Source: a virus
Taxonomy: Duplodnaviria; Caudoviricetes
IMG/VR virus record: IMGVR_UViG_3300033513_000022
Coordinates: 1-42,816 of that record
DNA: 42,816 bases
Strand: one strand, 5' to 3'
Shown: one piece after another, positions 24,183-32,152 of the stretch
Layout: the number at the start of each line of letters is the position of its first letter
Position numbering within the stretch: the first letter of the stretch is position 1
Notes under the pieces: generated by a model
Told to the model about the DNA's origin: nothing
Database searches by the model: none
What the model saw: the letters and a program-made list of their open reading frames with translations, nothing else
Position numbers and translations under genes: made by a program

Positions 24183-24954
24183 CTTTTTTCTCCTGTTCCT
24201 CAAGCCATTTCTTCGGCCCATCGAGCGGCGAGGCCCCGCGATAGTTCCCCTCGATGATCTTCTGGTAGTTCGACGGCGCGATAATCCAATCAAACGTCGC
24301 CTTGAAGTCCGTCTTTTTCCCGAGCAGGAACGGCGATTGCCCTATCTCATGGAGCAGGGCCTTGAAGTCGAACGACTTGTCGGCCAGCCGCGCGTTGAGC
24401 GCACGCTCCCTTTTGCTGCCCTTCGGAATGTCCTTTATCGCGGCGAGCCCGAACCGTTCAGCGAACTCACACCAAAGGATTTTTATCTTCTCTTTATCAT
24501 CTAAGAGAACTTCATCTTCATTGTCACTCTCAAGCGTTGCTATCGGTTTGCCATCCCCCGTTGTTACGGGTTTGCTATCGGTTTGCCATCGTAAAGAGGC
24601 CCCAAGTTTCCCCGCCTTTGACCTCTCTTGGCTGAGTTGGCTTTCCCTGAACATTCGGCGGTTTATGATGGTTCCATCCTCAAGACGAGAGAAAACTTTA
24701 AAATACTCAAGCTCTACTAGGAGTTTTTCGACTTCATCCTTGAAAACGCCGACTATCTTTGCTATGTCTTTGCTATCGAGCGGCTTTCCATTGATGCTTA
24801 AAACGCCTTTCGTCTCCGACCTGCTCATAATGCCGAGCATGTTCACCCAAAGGCCCTGGGCGGCCAGGGAACAAGAGCGAACATCGAACGAGGAAAACCA
24901 ATCGTTCCAGAACCAAAGGTCGGCGGGGCGTCGGTCTTCGCGTAGTTCTTTCAT
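24169..24954 (-). CDS. Phage replication initiator
   Basis: N-terminal DW..D...CSLAAQGLW..ML..M wHTH; C-terminal FL.G...KATFDWII...N..KIIEGNY; internal iterons. Confidence 0.8.
   Translation of the reverse strand: MKELREDRRPADLWFWNDWFSSFDVRSCSLAAQGLWVNMLGIMSRSETKGVLSINGKPLDSKDIAKIVGVFKDEVEKLLVELEYFKVFSRLEDGTIINRRMFRESQLSQERSKAGKLGASLRWQTDSKPVTTGDGKPIATLESDNEDEVLLDDKEKIKILWCEFAERFGLAAIKDIPKGSKRERALNARLADKSFDFKALLHEIGQSPFLLGKKTDFKATFDWIIAPSNYQKIIEGNYRGASPLDGPKKWLEEQEKKDGGK
24481..24590. other. Candidate replication origin inside the initiator gene
   Basis: 19-bp direct repeat ttgctatcggtttgccatc at 24537-24555 and 24572-24590 (four TTGCYATC cores), next to an AT-rich tract at 24481-24520. Confidence 0.65.
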
Positions 24955-24978
24955 GCTACCTCTGCTTGGAATAAAAGC

Positions 24979-25165
24979 GGCGGCGGGATGATGCGCCTTT
25001 CTTTCTTACCCGCGCCAGGGGAATGGGGGTTGATGCTGTGTGCGCGGATAATCTAGAATACTCTCCGCGTAGTGACCGGAAGTTTTGGTATCCGGGCCAA
25101 GCACTCATTCGATTCAGTAACCGAAATGAGCCGCCCCCACCTATCGACTTACTCACCCCGCCGCC
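24979..25165 (-). ncRNA. Candidate structured RNA element B (multibranched)
   Basis: 13-bp closing stem GGCGGCGGGGTGA/TCATCCCGCCGCC with several nested helices, followed by CTTTTATTCC. Confidence 0.55.
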
Positions 25166-25193
25166 ATAATGGACAATGTTTGGGGAATAAAAG

Positions 25194-25318
25194 GCCGGGA
25201 CGGGGCTCGCGGTTGAGCGTGGGGAACGCTCCGCAAGCCCGATGCGGAACCAGCCGATTGGGTTCGGTTGGGGGAGGGGGCCGATGAAGCGCGGCCACCG
25301 CATCCTGGTCGTCCCGGC
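25194..25318 (-). ncRNA. Candidate structured RNA element A (nested three-way junctions)
   Basis: Closing stem GCCGGGACG/CGTCCCGGC with four internal helices, followed by CTTTTATTCC. Confidence 0.55.
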
Positions 25319-25337
25319 ATGGTCGTTCATGGTTCGC

Positions 25338-25712
25338 CTAGAAGGGGATATCCCCTTCGTCCTCGCCCGTCTTCGGAGCGAACTCTCCGGTGGGCTGAAT
25401 GTTCTTGAGGCGCGGATACGACTTCGTCGGGTCGTCCTTTGCGGGTTCGTAAAGGATATCGGCCTCGAATGACGCGCCCTCCATGCTGATGTCCCTGCCG
25501 TGTTCGACGTTGAGGGCGGCGCAGAGATCCTCGTAGCGGGGGTCCCAGGGGACGAAACTCTCCATGTGCTTATGTTCGCCGGGGCTGCCGATGACGTAGA
25601 GGACGAGGCGGCGGTTCCCGCCCTTGATCGCTTCGAGCTTCGGTTCCTCATTGAGCGTGAAGATGTAGTGCCCCTCGGGGATTCCCTTCTTGGGTTCGGG
25701 CCAGTTGGTCAT
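25338..25712 (-). CDS. Putative single-stranded DNA-binding protein
   Basis: IPEG.Y N-terminus and acidic DIPF C-terminal tail; follows the Sak4-like gene. Confidence 0.7.
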   Translation of the reverse strand: MTNWPEPKKGIPEGHYIFTLNEEPKLEAIKGGNRRLVLYVIGSPGEHKHMESFVPWDPRYEDLCAALNVEHGRDISMEGASFEADILYEPAKDDPTKSYPRLKNIQPTGEFAPKTGEDEGDIPF

Positions 25713-26845
25713 GCGCGGGCTCCCTTCGTCTTGGGTTTATCGCCGTTGCCGCCGGAGGGCGCGGGTTTGGGCGCGGGCGCGGGGGTGGGAGCGGGTGGGG
25801 CCGTCGTCGCGGGTTCGGCTTGCGCCACTTCTGCAGCCGCCTTGAGCGACTTGAGTTGTAGGTTGTTCAACCCCTCGGCGAGCTTGTCGTTGGAGTAGAA
25901 CGTCGAGACTTGGGTCCAGGAGTTCGTCTGGAACAGTTCTTCGAGGATGGCGATCTTGGCGAGCTGGTCTTCCTTCGTCTGGCCGGGGTAGAGCTTCTTG
26001 ATCTCGTTCTGGATCTTTTCGAGGAGGATATCCTTCTGGATGGCCTTGCGCTCGCCGATGTCGTTGCGCTCGAAGATGTCCTGGGAGTTCCGGCCCGGTT
26101 CAATGGCCTTATGTTCGCCGCCGATGTTGAGCAGGGCGATGTGCGGCATGAAGTCGTTGAGCGTCGGGTTGTCAAAGACCTTGCCGTCGATGACGTCGAA
26201 CCGGTCCTTGCGGACGTGCGCCCGCCGGACGAGTTCCCCGCCGATGCGCGGCGAGAGCTGGACGGCCTCCATCTCGACGAGGAGCGATGGCTCGTAGGAG
26301 ATTTCCCGCTCCGCCCTCATCTTCGTCCCGACTTTCTGGAGTTCCTTCGCTCCGTCCTCGGGGTCTTCCTTTTCCTCCCACACGTCGGAAGACCGGCCGC
26401 AGAGGATGACGTGGAGCTTGGATTGAACGAAGCGCTCGGTGAACTCCCTCCAGGCGGCCTTGATCGGCTGCCAATCCTTCAAGCGCATTCGCTTGAGCTG
26501 ATTCGCCGCGAGGTAAGCGGCCATCAACTCGTCGTGGAAGTGGGAGATGGAGTCGATGATGAGGATATCGTTCCCCGCCTCCGCCTCGTCCACGATCTTG
26601 AGCAGGTCGGAAAAAGACTTCGTCTTTGCGACGAACATCTTCTTCCCCGCCGGGTCGAACAGTCGAGGCTTCACGAAGTCCGACCCTGTCTCGGTATCCG
26701 CCCACGCTATCGGCTTATCGGACTTGAGAAGCGTCGATAAGCCGATCGCAACCTGGGATGCGGTGAAGGTTTTCCCGCTTCCCGCGATCCCATACAGCCC
26801 CATTTTCAGGAAGGCCATCTGGGGCACGGCCTCATGCAATAGCAT
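25709..26845 (-). CDS. Sak4-like AAA ATPase (single-strand annealing recombinase)
   Basis: GIAGSGKT, DTETGS and IIDSISH motifs; AAGGAG precedes ATG 26845; alternative in-frame start at 26920. Confidence 0.85.
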   Translation of the reverse strand: MLLHEAVPQMAFLKMGLYGIAGSGKTFTASQVAIGLSTLLKSDKPIAWADTETGSDFVKPRLFDPAGKKMFVAKTKSFSDLLKIVDEAEAGNDILIIDSISHFHDELMAAYLAANQLKRMRLKDWQPIKAAWREFTERFVQSKLHVILCGRSSDVWEEKEDPEDGAKELQKVGTKMRAEREISYEPSLLVEMEAVQLSPRIGGELVRRAHVRKDRFDVIDGKVFDNPTLNDFMPHIALLNIGGEHKAIEPGRNSQDIFERNDIGERKAIQKDILLEKIQNEIKKLYPGQTKEDQLAKIAILEELFQTNSWTQVSTFYSNDKLAEGLNNLQLKSLKAAAEVAQAEPATTAPPAPTPAPAPKPAPSGGNGDKPKTKGARA

Positions 26846-26925
26846 GAAAACTCCTTGACGACCGGCCTTAACTGCCTCTGCCGGTTTGTTGGCTAGGGGT
26901 TCAGTAGCGCGGTCGTTCATGGCGT

Positions 26926-27024
26926 TTAATAAATATCCCTCCGGCCCTTGCCGAAGTTACGCTGGTAATCCAAGTAGAGTCCCACGAGCAGGGCGATGAC
27001 GGAGAGGTTGAGGAGGAGACTCAT
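26926..27024 (-). CDS. 32-aa TM peptide (not in the ORF track)
   Basis: MSLLLNLSVIALLVGLYLDYQRNFGKGRRDIY; ATGA overlap. Confidence 0.4.
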   Translation of the reverse strand: MSLLLNLSVIALLVGLYLDYQRNFGKGRRDIY

Positions 27025-27185
27025 GCCGTCGCCTCGTCTAATGCCGTCTCAAGTTTTTCAATTCGCTCATTGAGTTTATCGATTTCCTCTTTGAGCAATT
27101 CGTGACAGGCGACGCAAATAACCTCGTCGCCATCCTCTAGGCGTTTGTTACATTCATCACAGCGAACATCGAGGCCAATACTCAT
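27021..27185 (-). CDS. 54-aa Zn-finger plus coiled-coil protein (not in the ORF track)
   Basis: CDEC..CVAC followed by heptads; ATGA overlaps. Confidence 0.6.
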   Translation of the reverse strand: MSIGLDVRCDECNKRLEDGDEVICVACHELLKEEIDKLNERIEKLETALDEATA

Positions 27186-27388
27186 CTCTCTTCCCCTTCC
27201 GCCCTGAATTCCTCTCCGACAAACGACAACCTAAAGCCGAGTTCGCCCGCGATGAACACCGTTGCCGCGTCCCATCCGATTGATTCGGCCCGGTCGATTG
27301 TTCCCATGATGACGCGGCGGTGGGATTCAACCCGTGCCTCATTGAGTCTGTTGACGATTTCCGCCTTCGTGTAGGTTTCCTTGCTCAT
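27182..27388 (-). CDS. Hypothetical protein
   Basis: 68 aa from MSKETYT; AAGGAG RBS. Confidence 0.55.
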   Translation of the reverse strand: MSKETYTKAEIVNRLNEARVESHRRVIMGTIDRAESIGWDAATVFIAGELGFRLSFVGEEFRAEGEER

Positions 27389-27579
27389 GGTTTCTCCTTT
27401 TTCTCCGAGGCCCGAATTGCCAGGGCGTAGGCCGTGCCAATCGGGAGCCAATAAATCGTGTGCGCCGCCTTTTCGTGGAATCCGATTCTCTGCTGTTCGG
27501 GGTCGATAGTGACCACGATGGGCCGGATGAAGCGGGCAACGTCCACTTCCCTTTTCAGCGGCTTGAGCAACTTTGTCAC
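27385..27579 (-). CDS. Hypothetical protein
   Basis: 64 aa; GGAGG RBS; overlaps at both ends. Confidence 0.6.
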   Translation of the reverse strand: MTKLLKPLKREVDVARFIRPIVVTIDPEQQRIGFHEKAAHTIYWLPIGTAYALAIRASEKKEKP

Positions 27580-27902
27580 GGCTTGGCCTCCAACTTGGCG
27601 AGGGCGGAGCGAGCCTGAGTCATTGCCTCATCAATCGTTTCTGGCGTATTCGAGCCATAGCCGCCAATGATGCGTTTGAGTAAATGGTAGATTTCCGGTA
27701 TCGCCTCGGCCACGGCCGGGGGATTGTCGGGGTTCACGGCGAAGCAGGCATTGACGGCGGCAACAATGAGGGAGATATTGGCCCCCATTTCATGACGGTT
27801 AATGACAGCCGAACTGCCGCAATCGGCCACAAGCGGAGTTTCGCCCTCTCCATAAATCCCGAAGGTTGTGCCCACCCACGGTCCCGGTGTCGGTTTGTTC
27901 AT
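27576..27902 (-). CDS. Hypothetical phage protein (TPGPW...N..LI.AA family)
   Basis: MNKPTPGPW..ANISLIVAAVN..ARSALAK. Confidence 0.65.
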   Translation of the reverse strand: MNKPTPGPWVGTTFGIYGEGETPLVADCGSSAVINRHEMGANISLIVAAVNACFAVNPDNPPAVAEAIPEIYHLLKRIIGGYGSNTPETIDEAMTQARSALAKLEAKP

Positions 27903-28120
27903 GCGATCCTCCCCTCCTCGAACCCCTCGATGTTCTTCTCGCACACGCCGCACATACCCTCGTCGTTCAGTTCGTCGAAGTCGAACCAGATGCGACAGAC
28001 GACGCACTTGGCCCGTTGCGGTTGCGGCTCGGCGTGCCAAACGGAGTTGTGTGCGGCCCTCGCCTCGGCCCGTTCCATGCGGGCGTCCTCAACTTCGGAG
28101 TCGGTGACTTGGCGGGACAT
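27899..28120 (-). CDS. Zn-finger hypothetical protein
   Basis: CVVC..CGVC. Confidence 0.55.
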   Translation of the reverse strand: MSRQVTDSEVEDARMERAEARAAHNSVWHAEPQPQRAKCVVCRIWFDFDELNDEGMCGVCEKNIEGFEEGRIA

Positions 28121-28122
28121 GG

Positions 28123-28311
28123 CTAGGCCCATCCGAGAATGTTGTTGGCATCCTCGTTCGTGATCTTGGCCCCGCAAGCCTCGGCCAATTTGAGAAGATT
28201 CCTCTTTTCTCTCTCGGCGCGACTTACGGGGATTCGGTCGGGCTTTTTGTAATCCAGGCCAACGTCCCCGAGGAGTTGACTAATCGTTCTGATGAAGGTT
28301 TCTTCGTCCAT
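28123..28311 (-). CDS. Hypothetical protein
   Basis: 62 aa from MDEETF; GGAGGAG RBS. Confidence 0.55.
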   Translation of the reverse strand: MDEETFIRTISQLLGDVGLDYKKPDRIPVSRAEREKRNLLKLAEACGAKITNEDANNILGWA

Positions 28312-28322
28312 CTTCTCCTCCC

Positions 28323-28706
28323 TTAATTCACCCGGCTGTGGAGCCGTAAATTTTTGACTACGACGTAGCCCCGGAACACGACCGAGGCGACGAGGAACGT
28401 ATAGCCGATGATGCGCGGCACCTTCTCGTCCGACGCGATAAGCCAATGGCAGAGGCCGACGATGGCGACGGCCTGGACAGCCTCAAGCCCCCAAATGAGC
28501 GCGTATTGCCGCTTGTCGAATAGCGGGGCGAAAAGGGAATTGCGCTCGACTGTCCCGAGGTGCGACGTGCCGTAGATCGTGAGCGCGGTATCGGCGACGG
28601 CGAGTCCCGCATAGGTGAGGTCAAGCGCAAACTCGACGGGCTTGACTTCGGCGTAGGCGGCAGACGCGACGAGGGCGAGGATGAGAAGGACGGCGAGGGG
28701 TTTCAT
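28323..28706 (-). CDS. Membrane protein with signal peptide (DUF5658-like)
   Basis: MKPLAVLLILALVASAAYA, AD...T......G..E.N.L motif and two further TMs. Confidence 0.6.
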   Translation of the reverse strand: MKPLAVLLILALVASAAYAEVKPVEFALDLTYAGLAVADTALTIYGTSHLGTVERNSLFAPLFDKRQYALIWGLEAVQAVAIVGLCHWLIASDEKVPRIIGYTFLVASVVFRGYVVVKNLRLHSRVN

Positions 28707-28945
28707 TTGAGTCGCCAACGATAGGAAAAGGATTTGTCGCCCAGGAAGAGACCGCTCAACCAATACGCTAAAAGCGCGATGGGGCCAAAAAGAAAAGAGA
28801 TAAGGAAACACTTTAGGCGGTCAGAACGATAATCCTCTTTGGCGATAGCAGGATAAGCGCCTTGAAAAAAAGCAAATGAAAATCCCGCACAAATAAAGCC
28901 GCAAATAATCCAAACCGCAATTACGGCGATGATGAAAATTGACAT
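28703..28945 (-). CDS. AT-rich two-TM membrane protein
   Basis: Hydrophobic segments and FLFGPIALL. Confidence 0.6.
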   Translation of the reverse strand: MSIFIIAVIAVWIICGFICAGFSFAFFQGAYPAIAKEDYRSDRLKCFLISFLFGPIALLAYWLSGLFLGDKSFSYRWRLK

Positions 28946-28955
28946 CTTCCCCTCC

Positions 28956-29375
28956 CTATTCCTCGTTATATTCGGAACCCTTGACGGCCCCGACCTTGTT
29001 TCTCAAATCGGCGATCACATCCATCATGGCTCCGATGAGCTTGATGGTGTCGCCGTTCGGGTCTAGTTTCAGGGCGACGTAACCCCTCGGCAGAAAGTAA
29101 TTGAGGAAGCGGCGGTCTTTCTCGTTGCGGTCGGCAACGAATTGAATAAACTCTTTCGCCGCGTCCAGGTGAAGTCGCAAATCACAATTGGCGTAGGCGT
29201 GAACGGTATCGGCGGCGACACCCAGGGCCTCGGCGACTTCGCGCTTGTCGTACTTTTTTTCTGAGATAATGGCGTTCCACATATGCCGCTGAAAATCCGA
29301 GGACGTGGCATTTCGTGGATTGCGATTGTCCGCATTCCGCCGAAGATATGGATGGACATTCTCACGGTCGTTCAT
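28956..29375 (-). CDS. CII-like HTH regulator
   Basis: REVAEALGVAADTVHAYAN; third gene of the early operon. Confidence 0.6.
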   Translation of the reverse strand: MNDRENVHPYLRRNADNRNPRNATSSDFQRHMWNAIISEKKYDKREVAEALGVAADTVHAYANCDLRLHLDAAKEFIQFVADRNEKDRRFLNYFLPRGYVALKLDPNGDTIKLIGAMMDVIADLRNKVGAVKGSEYNEE

Positions 29376-29578
29376 TACATTGTCCTCTGCGGGGCAGAAA
29401 GGCCGGAACGATGCGACTCACCACGATTGAGGTAGGCGAGAACGTCGTCATAGGTGAACCGTTTGCGCCCTTCGACCCGAACGAAGCGGAGACGGCCGGA
29501 CTTGACGGCGCGGTCAATCGTCGTAATGCTGACGCCGAAAAGGTCTGCGAGTTCGGCTTTGGAGTAGAGGGGTTTCAT
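29375..29578 (-). CDS. Excisionase-like (HTH_17/MerR-type) DNA-binding protein
   Basis: YSKAELADLFGVSITTIDRAVKSGRL..VRV.GR.RF..DV.AYL. Confidence 0.8.
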   Translation of the reverse strand: MKPLYSKAELADLFGVSITTIDRAVKSGRLRFVRVEGRKRFTYDDVLAYLNRGESHRSGLSAPQRTM

Positions 29579-29778
29579 TGGAAGAATGTCTCCATCGGAA
29601 CGCCGAGGAGTCGGGCGGCCTCAAAAAGTTTTGCTCCGCCGAGTTTTCGCTGCCCGCGTATGACTCGGGAAAAATACGAGGGAGAAACGGCGAGGAGTCG
29701 GGCCAGGTCGGCCTGCCGCATTCGCGTCTTGCGAAGATGTTTTTTTAGGAGTTGAGCTTGCCTAGATGATGTTGCCAT
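29575..29778 (-). CDS. Cro-like XRE HTH protein
   Basis: MRQADLARLLAVSPSYFSRVIRGQR; divergent from the repressor. Confidence 0.85.
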   Translation of the reverse strand: MATSSRQAQLLKKHLRKTRMRQADLARLLAVSPSYFSRVIRGQRKLGGAKLFEAARLLGVPMETFFQ

Positions 29779-29850
29779 ACTGACAATATAATAAGTGCCA
29801 TTCTGGCAATTGTCAAGGGGGAAACGAAAATATATTGACTATTATGGCAA
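29772..29850. promoter_or_regulatory. Lysis/lysogeny switch: three operators and a leftward sigma70-type promoter
   Basis: TTGCCA-tac-TGACAA (29772-29786), GTGCCA-ttc-TGGCAA (29795-29809), TGACTA-tta-TGGCAA (29836-29850). Minus-strand TTGACA (29816-29811), 17 nt, TATTAT (29793-29788). Confidence 0.75.
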
Positions 29851-29948
29851 TTATAGGGGAATCAGCGGCTTATGGGGTTGACAAAATGACAACGAAAGCG
29901 GAAAATTTGAGCCGGGTTGAAAAATCGCTTATATCGGGGAGGGGCGGC

Positions 29949-30263
29949 GTGATTACCGCAAAAGAATTTAAGGCTTTGCTCAAGGCTCATCATTGGAACT
30001 CTCGGAAGGTCAGCAAAATGCTCGGCCGCGATCCCTCGTGGTTGAGCAGAAAAATAAACGGGGCTAGGGAAATGAAATGTGAAGAGCTGGTGCAGATTTG
30101 TCGGCTTACGGGAATCCGTCCGCACGAGGTGTTGGGATGGACGGAAGCAGACGCCACGAAGAAAGGAACGGATGAGGAAATTCTGGCGTATGTCAAAGAA
30201 CACCGCCAAGAAGAAATCAACCACTTGGCCGCGATATTTGACAAAGCCAGAACAGACAAATAA
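29949..30263 (+). CDS. CI-like XRE HTH repressor without a peptidase domain
   Basis: SRKVSKMLGRDPSWLSRKINGAREM..EL..IC; GGAGG 6 nt before GTG 29949 (alternative ATG 29886). Confidence 0.8.
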   Translation: MITAKEFKALLKAHHWNSRKVSKMLGRDPSWLSRKINGAREMKCEELVQICRLTGIRPHEVLGWTEADATKKGTDEEILAYVKEHRQEEINHLAAIFDKARTDK

Positions 30264-30279
30264 ATCTTAGGAGGTCAGC

Positions 30280-30741
30280 ATGAAAGGGAAAATTGCGGCC
30301 CTGGCCGCGCTCGCGGTCGTGTGCGCGGCGTGTGTCATATCGCCCGCCGCGATGGACCGACTCAAAGACAGGCCGCCGACGGCGACGGACGAAGACGGCC
30401 GGGCCTATCTTGCCCGCGCCATGCAAGCATCGCTGACCTTCACGGTGCCCAAGGAAAGGTCGGACGAGGTGTGGAGCTTGGTCAATTCATTCATCGCCCA
30501 TTATTCCTCGATGAAGGTGCAGACCGCCTCGGATTACATCATCTCTACTTATAATCCCGACGCTATTTATAATTACGGCTATTCCGCAACTCGCGCCATC
30601 AGGGCCGACGGCATAGAGTTTGCGGTCATGTGCTTCTCGGGGGGCAACCCGCCCGTCCAGCGAATCTCAAATCAAAACGCTCACATCCTCGCCCTCTATC
30701 TGCAAACGGGGGAACTTCGCCCGGAGTTTATACTTCAATGA
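30280..30741 (+). CDS. Lipoprotein, candidate superinfection exclusion or lysogenic conversion gene
   Basis: MKGKIAALAALAVVCAA-C lipobox-like sequence; AGGAGG RBS; lies between repressor and integrase. Confidence 0.65.
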   Translation: MKGKIAALAALAVVCAACVISPAAMDRLKDRPPTATDEDGRAYLARAMQASLTFTVPKERSDEVWSLVNSFIAHYSSMKVQTASDYIISTYNPDAIYNYGYSATRAIRADGIEFAVMCFSGGNPPVQRISNQNAHILALYLQTGELRPEFILQ

Positions 30742-30896
30742 AATTCGTCGTCCGCATAAACCCCGAAACGCTCAAGTATGACACCTTCCGCTACGACGAC
30801 CCTGGCCCCGTCCCGCCGATCATCGACCCGCCCGAGCCGGATGAGGCGAAGGATACCGAGCCACCGAAGCCGAAGGAAAAGCCCAAGCCGTCGTGA
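30738..30896 (+). CDS. 52-aa Pro-rich protein
   Basis: ATGA and GTGA overlaps with both neighbours. Confidence 0.5.
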   Translation: MKFVVRINPETLKYDTFRYDDPGPVPPIIDPPEPDEAKDTEPPKPKEKPKPS

Positions 30897-31975
30897 AAAT
30901 TTCGAAGCACGGCCTCAACTATTGGATGGATTTGCGCGTCCGGGGCAAGCGCGTTCGCCGCTCCCTGGGCACGGACGAGTACTACCTGGCCCTGGACAAA
31001 GCGCGTCAGATAGCCGAGGAGTTGAGGCGGCCCAAACCCGCCGGCACGGACATCGCCGAGTTCTTCGAGAAATACCGCGCATGGGCCAGGGAGACGAAGC
31101 CCGCGTCGTATAAGACGGAGGACGGGCGACTCAAGTTCATGGGTGCCTGGCTTGATAAGGCCGGATTATCGAGCTTTGAGGTTATAACGCCCTGGCACGT
31201 CGAGCAGTTGAGGGCGGCGGTGACGGGCCGCGTCATCGGGAAAAGGACGGGGCGAACGGCCGGCCGGCCGACGGCCAACCGCTACCTTGCGCTCCTCCGA
31301 AACGTCATCAACAAGGCTATCGAGTGGGGCGTCTTCACCGGGACAAACCCCGTCTCCAAAGTGAAGTTCTACCGGGAGTCCCCGGACATCAGGCCCCTGT
31401 CGGATGAGGACATAACCGCCATCATGGGGGCCGCCCGGGTGATCGCCGGAGATCCTCAAAGCGATTGCCAGCGACTTCTCCCCGACCTCCTCACCCTGGC
31501 CCTCAATACCGGCCTCCGCCGCTCAGAACTTATTTTCCTCCGATGGCGCGACGTGCAGGGCGAGGAGATAGCCGTCCGGGGCAAGGGCAACAAGCGGCGC
31601 ACGATTCCCCTCAACCGGGCCGCCTACGATGTTATCATGCGGCAGCCGAAGGAGGGGGAGTTCGTCTTTTCGATTTGCAACCGCCATCAGCCGGACTTGT
31701 TTCGCCGGACGGTTAAACGCCTGAGAAAGTTGTCGGGCGTCGCTGACTTCCATTTGCATCTTACGCGCCATAAATTTGCGACCGACCTCATCCGGGCCGG
31801 GGTGGACATCGTGACCGTGAGCGCGCTCCTCGGTCATTCGGCGGCCATGACAACGCTCCTCTACGCCCACCCAAGCGCGGAAAGCAAGCGAAAAGCGATT
31901 TCGCTTCTAAGGCCCGTAGAATGCGATTTGCGGGCCGAACAGGAAAAAGTGTCCCGTTCCACGTATAATGCGTAG
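30893..31975 (+). CDS. int: Tyrosine integrase
   Basis: TGLRRSE, GKGNK, HLTRH, LLGHS and YAH catalytic motifs; N-terminal arm-binding segment. Confidence 0.95.
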   Translation: MKISKHGLNYWMDLRVRGKRVRRSLGTDEYYLALDKARQIAEELRRPKPAGTDIAEFFEKYRAWARETKPASYKTEDGRLKFMGAWLDKAGLSSFEVITPWHVEQLRAAVTGRVIGKRTGRTAGRPTANRYLALLRNVINKAIEWGVFTGTNPVSKVKFYRESPDIRPLSDEDITAIMGAARVIAGDPQSDCQRLLPDLLTLALNTGLRRSELIFLRWRDVQGEEIAVRGKGNKRRTIPLNRAAYDVIMRQPKEGEFVFSICNRHQPDLFRRTVKRLRKLSGVADFHLHLTRHKFATDLIRAGVDIVTVSALLGHSAAMTTLLYAHPSAESKRKAISLLRPVECDLRAEQEKVSRSTYNA

Positions 31976-32109
31976 AAAACGCCTCCTACGCGAAATTTCG
32001 AGCCATAGACCCCATTCCTAGCCCTAAATTTCGGATGTTGGACGCATTCCCCGGACACGGGCCGTTTTTCTCGCCGGACACGCCCTCCCCTTTCTATGGG
32101 GAAAATAAA

Positions 32110-32152
32110 CGCGCCCGGAGAGATTCGAACTCTCGGCCCTCGGATTCGAAGT
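32110..32152 (-). other. attP core: 3' half of a tRNA-Arg(UCG)
   Basis: ACTTCGAATCCGAGGGCCGAGAGTTCGAATCTCTCCGGGCGCG gives anticodon loop, T-arm and acceptor 3' strand, with no 5' half; just downstream of int. Confidence 0.85.

Noticed and set aside
32110-32152. Second functional tRNA gene
   Set aside because: The 5' acceptor strand and D-arm are absent; it is interpreted as the attP core.
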